In this document: one piece after another, positions 59,410-64,000 of the stretch | Layout of the letters: each line of letters starts with the position of its first letter | Position numbering within the stretch: position 1 is the stretch's first letter | The notes under the pieces: model-generated | Seen by the model: the letters and a program-made list of their open reading frames with translations, nothing else | What the model was told of the DNA's origin: nothing | The model's database searches: none | NCBI RefSeq assembly: GCF_018350175.1 | Contig: NC_058374.1 | Span: forward strand, 138,818,001 to 138,882,000 | Reading direction: 5' to 3' | DNA length: 64,000 nucleotides | DNA from: Felis catus | Lineage: Eukaryota | Translations under genes and position numbers: made by a program

Positions 59410-61330
59410 AAGAAAAAGTATTTCTAGAAAATGCACCGGGAACTGTACTTCTGAGAATATGGCCTAGGTGCCCTTTTCCCCGTGTCTCCTCCTGAGTCAG
59501 GTATGACAGACGGCAGGACTCTGGAGGGTAGGAGAAGAAGGGAGGCTCTGGGACCGTGGGACCCAGGGAGGGACCCAGGGAAGGAAATGGTGCTGAGTTC
59601 CCTGGGTTTTCCTTCTGCCTCACACATCTGGTTGAAGAATCCCGCAACTTGGAGATGCCAACAGGCACAGGCACAAAACTCCAGCAAAAGCCAGAGGACG
59701 AGGGAAAGGACAGAACAACAGCATGACAGGAAACTTCTAGACCAGAACAGCTCTACTCCAGGAAACACACAGAAAACACCGGCCCCACCTGCACACACAC
59801 TAATAAAGGCTGACCAGGAGCCTGGACTTCATGGAGGAGTTCACGAGGTCCCCCAGCGCTCCCAGCCAGGGTGATGTGAGAGAAACCCACGTAGGCAGCT
59901 GGAATGTTCATCCAGCCAGCTGGTAACAAGCCTCACTCCCCCAGGAGACAGAAAAGGAGCTGGACTTTACCTCCACCCGGCAGGAGCCAGGTGCCCTCGG
60001 CCTCCTTGCTGGGATGGTGTCAGAGAAGACACAGTGGGGAGTCAGGACTTTGACCACCCACCCAGATCTTGGGAGACCCCGTAAGGAGTAGTCGCAAGGC
60101 ATCCCACCCCTCCCAGCCGAGGAAGTATCAGTGGAGGGCTGGTGGGGGGCGGAGAGGACTCCCACCTCACCGGCAGCAGTGAGGGACCCCTCCTTGGTTG
60201 CCAACAAGGCCAAGGGAAACCTGGACTTCTTCCCCCACCTGGCAGCAACTAGCCACCTCTTTCCTGATGGAGCAGTGTCAGAGAAAGCCAGCTAAAAGAG
60301 AAGATTTAAATAAGATCCAGTCTCATTACGTCGTACAAGAATGTCCAGGTTTCAATAAAAAATCAGTCACCACGGTAAGAACTGGGAAGTTCTACAACTG
60401 AACGGAAAATGACGTCGCTAGAGGCCAACACTGAGATAGCACAGACACTGGCAAGCACTGTTCGAGCAGATGAGAACATTCCCTGAGCAATTACACATGG
60501 AAAGCCAACGAAGGCCTACAAAGACTCGGCAAGGGAAGAAAAGATATAAAAAATGAACCAGACAGAAATCTGAGAACTGAAAAATAAAAACACAATAACC
60601 AAAATAGAAAGCAGGGGGGTAGACTTGAACACAGAACGGAGGGACAGAGAAAAGAATCGGTGAACTGAAAGATAAAATGATGGAAGTTACTCAATTCGAA
60701 CAACAGAGAAAAATAGTTTTTAAAAAGCGAACAGAGCCTTGGGGACCTGTGAAACTATAAACAAAGATCTCATGGTTGTGTCACCAGTGTCCCAGAAGTA
60801 GAGAGAGATGGGTTGAAAAAGTATTTAAAAATAATGGCTGAAAACTTCCCAAATTTGTAAGACATAACTTACATAACATAAAAGACATAACTTACAAAGA
60901 AAATCAAACCAAGACACATCATAGTCAAACTTCTGAAAATCACATCATAGTCAAAGAAAAAAATCCTAAAGTCAATGAGAGAGAAACAGCACTTTACCTA
61001 TAGGGGGAAAAGCAATTCGAGTGACAGTGCATTTCTCAGCAGCAACCATGGAAGGCCAGAAAGAAGTGACAAAATACTCTTCCAGTGCCAAAAGAAAAGA
61101 ACTGTCAACCCAGAATCTTATACCCAGCAAAAATATCCTTCAGGGATAAAGGAGAAATCAAGACATTCTCAGCTAGAGGAAGACCAAGAGAACTTGCTGC
61201 TAGCAGACCTTTCCTGAAGAATGGCTAGAGGAAGCAGAAAGGAAAAAATATGGAAGGATCCCTGAAAAAAAGAAAGAGAAAGAACATGGTGAACAAAGAT
61301 AAAGGCAAATACAACAGAATTTCCTTCTCC

Positions 61331-61542
61331 TTTTTTAAATGTTTATTTATTCATTTTTGAGAGAGAGAGAGAGAGCACAAGCTGGGGAGGGGCACAGAGA
61401 GAGGGAGACAAAGAATCTGAAGCAGGCTCTAGGCTCCGAGGTGTAAGCACAGAGCCTGACATGGGGCCTGAACCCACGAACTATGAGATCATGACCTGAG
61501 CCGAAGTCGGACGCTTAACCGACTGAGCCACCCAGGTGCCCC
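61331..61542 (-). mobile_element. SINEC_Fc-type SINE
   Basis: TSD aacagaa(t/c)ttccttct. Confidence 0.94.
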
Positions 61543-61827
61543 AACAGAACTTCCTTCTTTTCTTGACTTTCCTAAATGATGTTTGAGGATTGAAGATAAA
61601 ATTGTAACACTAATGTGGTTCTATATGTCTGTGGAGGGAAAAATCAAGACACTTATACAATAAAACGGGAGAGTAGGGTGATGCAGAGGTAAACTTTCTA
61701 TATTTTACCCAAACAGGTAAAATGACAGCACCAGCAGGCTGGGGAGAGTTACAGTTACATAAACCAACACTGGAGACAACCTCTCAGAGGCTACACAAAG
61801 AAACGCATTAAAAAAACAATACAAATT

Positions 61828-62048
61828 GGGGTGCTTGGGTGGCTCAGTCAGTTGAGTGTCTGACTCTTGATTTTGGCTCAGGTCATGATCTCATGGTTCA
61901 CAGGCTTGAGCCCCTCGTCAGGCTCCATAATGACAGCATGGAGACTGCTTGGGATTCTCTCTCTCCTCTCTCTCTGTCCTTCCCCCTGCTTATGCGTGCG
62001 GGCATGTGCACTCTCTCAAAATAAATAAATAAACATTTAAAAAAAAAA
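61828..62048 (+). mobile_element. CAN-SINE
   Basis: Head, CT tract, A tail. Confidence 0.93.
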
Positions 62049-62059
62049 GAATACAGACT

Positions 62060-62096
62060 GTGTTCACTTCAGCAGCACATACACTAAAATTGGAAC
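62060..62096 (+). pseudogene. 3'-truncated U6 snRNA pseudogene (first 37 nt)
   Basis: GTGTTCACTTCAGCAGCACATACACTAAAATTGGAAC vs U6 GTGCTCGCTTCGGCAGCACATATACTAAAATTGGAAC: 33/37 identical, two mismatches are CpG>CpA. Confidence 0.9.
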
Positions 62097-63166
62097 CAAA
62101 ACAATACAGATATTTTACAACAATATAAAACTAATAAAGACGTATAGATAAACCAAAACCTAATTCTAAAAAAAAAAATTTAAGTAATCCACAGGAAGGC
62201 AGGAAAAAGAAAACAGAAAAATGAAAATCAGAAAGAAAAACAGAAAACAAAATATAAAATGGCAGATTTAAACCATAACATATCAAAATTTACATTAAGA
62301 AGACAGAGATTTAAAAACATGACTTAACTGTATATGGTCTAAACTCACTGCAAATCTACCAATGGAATAGGTAGAAAGTAAAAGGATGGAAAAGACACAC
62401 CATGAAAACATTAATCAAAAGAAAGTAGGAGTGGCTTATTAATACATAAAGTAGACCTCAGAACAAAGACAATTACCTGAAACAGAGAGGCATATTACAT
62501 AATGAAAAAGGGTCAACCCCAAATGAAGACATAGCAACCTTGAACGTGTATGCATCAAACAACAGAGCAGGAAAATACATAAGGCAAAAACTGACAGAAC
62601 TACAAGGCAAACTAGAGAAGTCCAGAATTATAGTTGGAGACTTCAACAATTGATAGAACAATGAAACAGAAGATCAGCAAGGATATTAAGAACCAACCAA
62701 CACCATCATCAACCAATAGGATCCATCACATTTCTCCAACACCCCCCCCCCAACAATAGCAGAATACACAGTCTTTCCAGTGCCACGGAACATGTATCAC
62801 CATAGACTACATCACTCTGACACGCTCCTTTGTTCTTGCGCTACTTCAAACTTTGGTGGGGTGTGGGCAGGTTTGTGTGAAACTGGTCAGAGAGAAAGGA
62901 AATAGACCAATGTTGATGCCCAAGGCCAGTCTGCACAGGGATGTACCATTTCTCAGAGGGAGGATGGGCTTTCCGTTTACGGAGCAGGGCATGGTGGGAC
63001 CAGAACCCGAGTGGGTGTGTTTCCCAAACCGCAGTATCGGTCCTTCCAGATGACTAGATCTGTTCACTTGTTTGTTTTGAAGGATAAAATATTTTTTGTC
63101 ATCTGGATCAGCTGCTTTTACAATACATCACATGGTTATTCCCTGTTCGCAAATAATGATTTAGAG

Positions 63167-63365
63167 CAGGGTCAGCAAGCTGCAGGCCAAATTCAGCCAG
63201 CTGCCTGCTTTTATAAATAAAGTTTTATTGGCACACAGCCACGTGAATTCATGCACACACCATCTGTAGCTGTTTTTGTGCTAAACCAGCAGAGCTGAGG
63301 AACTGTGACCCACAAAGCCTAAAACATTTGCCATCTGGCCCTTTAAGAAAGCGTTTGGAGACCTA
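63167..63365 (+). mobile_element. MER58A-like hAT-Charlie MITE
   Basis: cagggtcagcaa..ggccaaattcagcc..taaataaagttttattgg..cacagccac..aaagcctaaaacatttgccatctggcccttta. Confidence 0.88.
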
Positions 63366-64000
63366 TCTTCGAGCAACAAATAGAAGTTAACCTTGAATAA
63401 TCTCCGAAAAATTACCATTTTTACGACCATGTTCAGCTACCGACAATAACGGTGGCGAGGGCCTAAGGGGACACTTTGGGAAGGCCTGCTGTTTTCTGAC
63501 ATCCGCTAAGACTGCAAAGCTGTGCCCCTCTTCCTATAGAGGCTCGTACCCAAATCTGGATTCTTTTTTTCTGAAACAGGTAGAGAGGATTGCCATTCAT
63601 TCCCTATTCAGATATACTGAGATTCCTCCATATCGAAATGTGCAGGTCGCTGGCTTTATATAATCTGGCCATCTGCACTGCTCGTGCCTTCGCAATGGGG
63701 CACAAATAAGATTTCCACAGCACACACTGGGCGGGCATTCGAGGGACAGCACTTGCAGTGTCACCCTTCGGGACCGCGGAGAATTTGTGGGCTTTGCACA
63801 AACTCTTCTGATTCCTAGTCACTCCCCACGGTTTCAAACCCACTCCCCTTCAGAGAAAAGCAAGGGCTGGCTCTTGTAAGCAAACAGAGCAACAAATCAC
63901 TACTGGAATCCCCCCCCCCACCTTTTCCTGCTGGTGGGACCCGCTGTGTCTGCATCCCCCACCCCCCTTGCTGCTCAGCGGGGAGCTCCTGGAGAATGGG

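Larger units (their letters stand above)
58780..62810 (+). mobile_element. Old L1M 5'/ORF1/ORF2-endonuclease remnants (probably two nested copies)
   Basis: ORF1-like blocks at ~59030-59190 and ~60540-61220 (tacccagcaaaaatatccttcagggataaaggagaaatcaagacatt); endonuclease-like block ~62260-62810 (gtgtatgcatcaaacaacagagc, atagttggagacttcaac); many stops. Confidence 0.8.

Noticed and set aside
60860-60956. Short local duplications (gacataacttaca; cacatcatagtcaaa)
   Set aside because: Ordinary slippage duplications within a dead L1 ORF1
2108-62048. tRNA-like A/B boxes
   Set aside because: They are heads of tRNA-derived CAN-SINEs, not tRNA genes
47014-64000. CERK exon 1 and promoter
   Set aside because: No N-terminal CERK coding sequence or clear promoter island found; presumably beyond the window end

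Overview
GC-rich mammalian genomic DNA from a feliform carnivore, most likely a felid; this is inferred from about 20 tRNA-derived CAN/SINEC_Fc-type SINEs. The window holds the convergent GRAMD4-CERK pair (human 22q13.31 synteny). GRAMD4 (+) contributes its last 15 coding exons (2561-16662, 1333 nt, all GT-AG and in phase) and a 3'UTR ending near AATAAA 18954; its 5' exons lie left of the window. CERK (ceramide kinase, -) contributes exons 2-13 (47013 down to 26288, 1472 nt) and a 3'UTR running to AATAAA signals at 22510 and 22405; exon 1 lies right of the window. The most notable feature is a ~1.57 kb CpG-containing minisatellite (19-21 bp monomers, 142-bp seven-monomer higher-order repeat) inside the predicted CERK 3'UTR. 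Other observations: a variant-rich interstitial telomeric tract in CERK intron 1, a U6 fragment and a SINE inserted serially at one target site, two SINE tandems each bounded by a single TSD, and apparent AT-to-GC drift in old L1 sequence. Most ORF-track entries are GC-content artefacts. No clearly new protein-coding system is supported.
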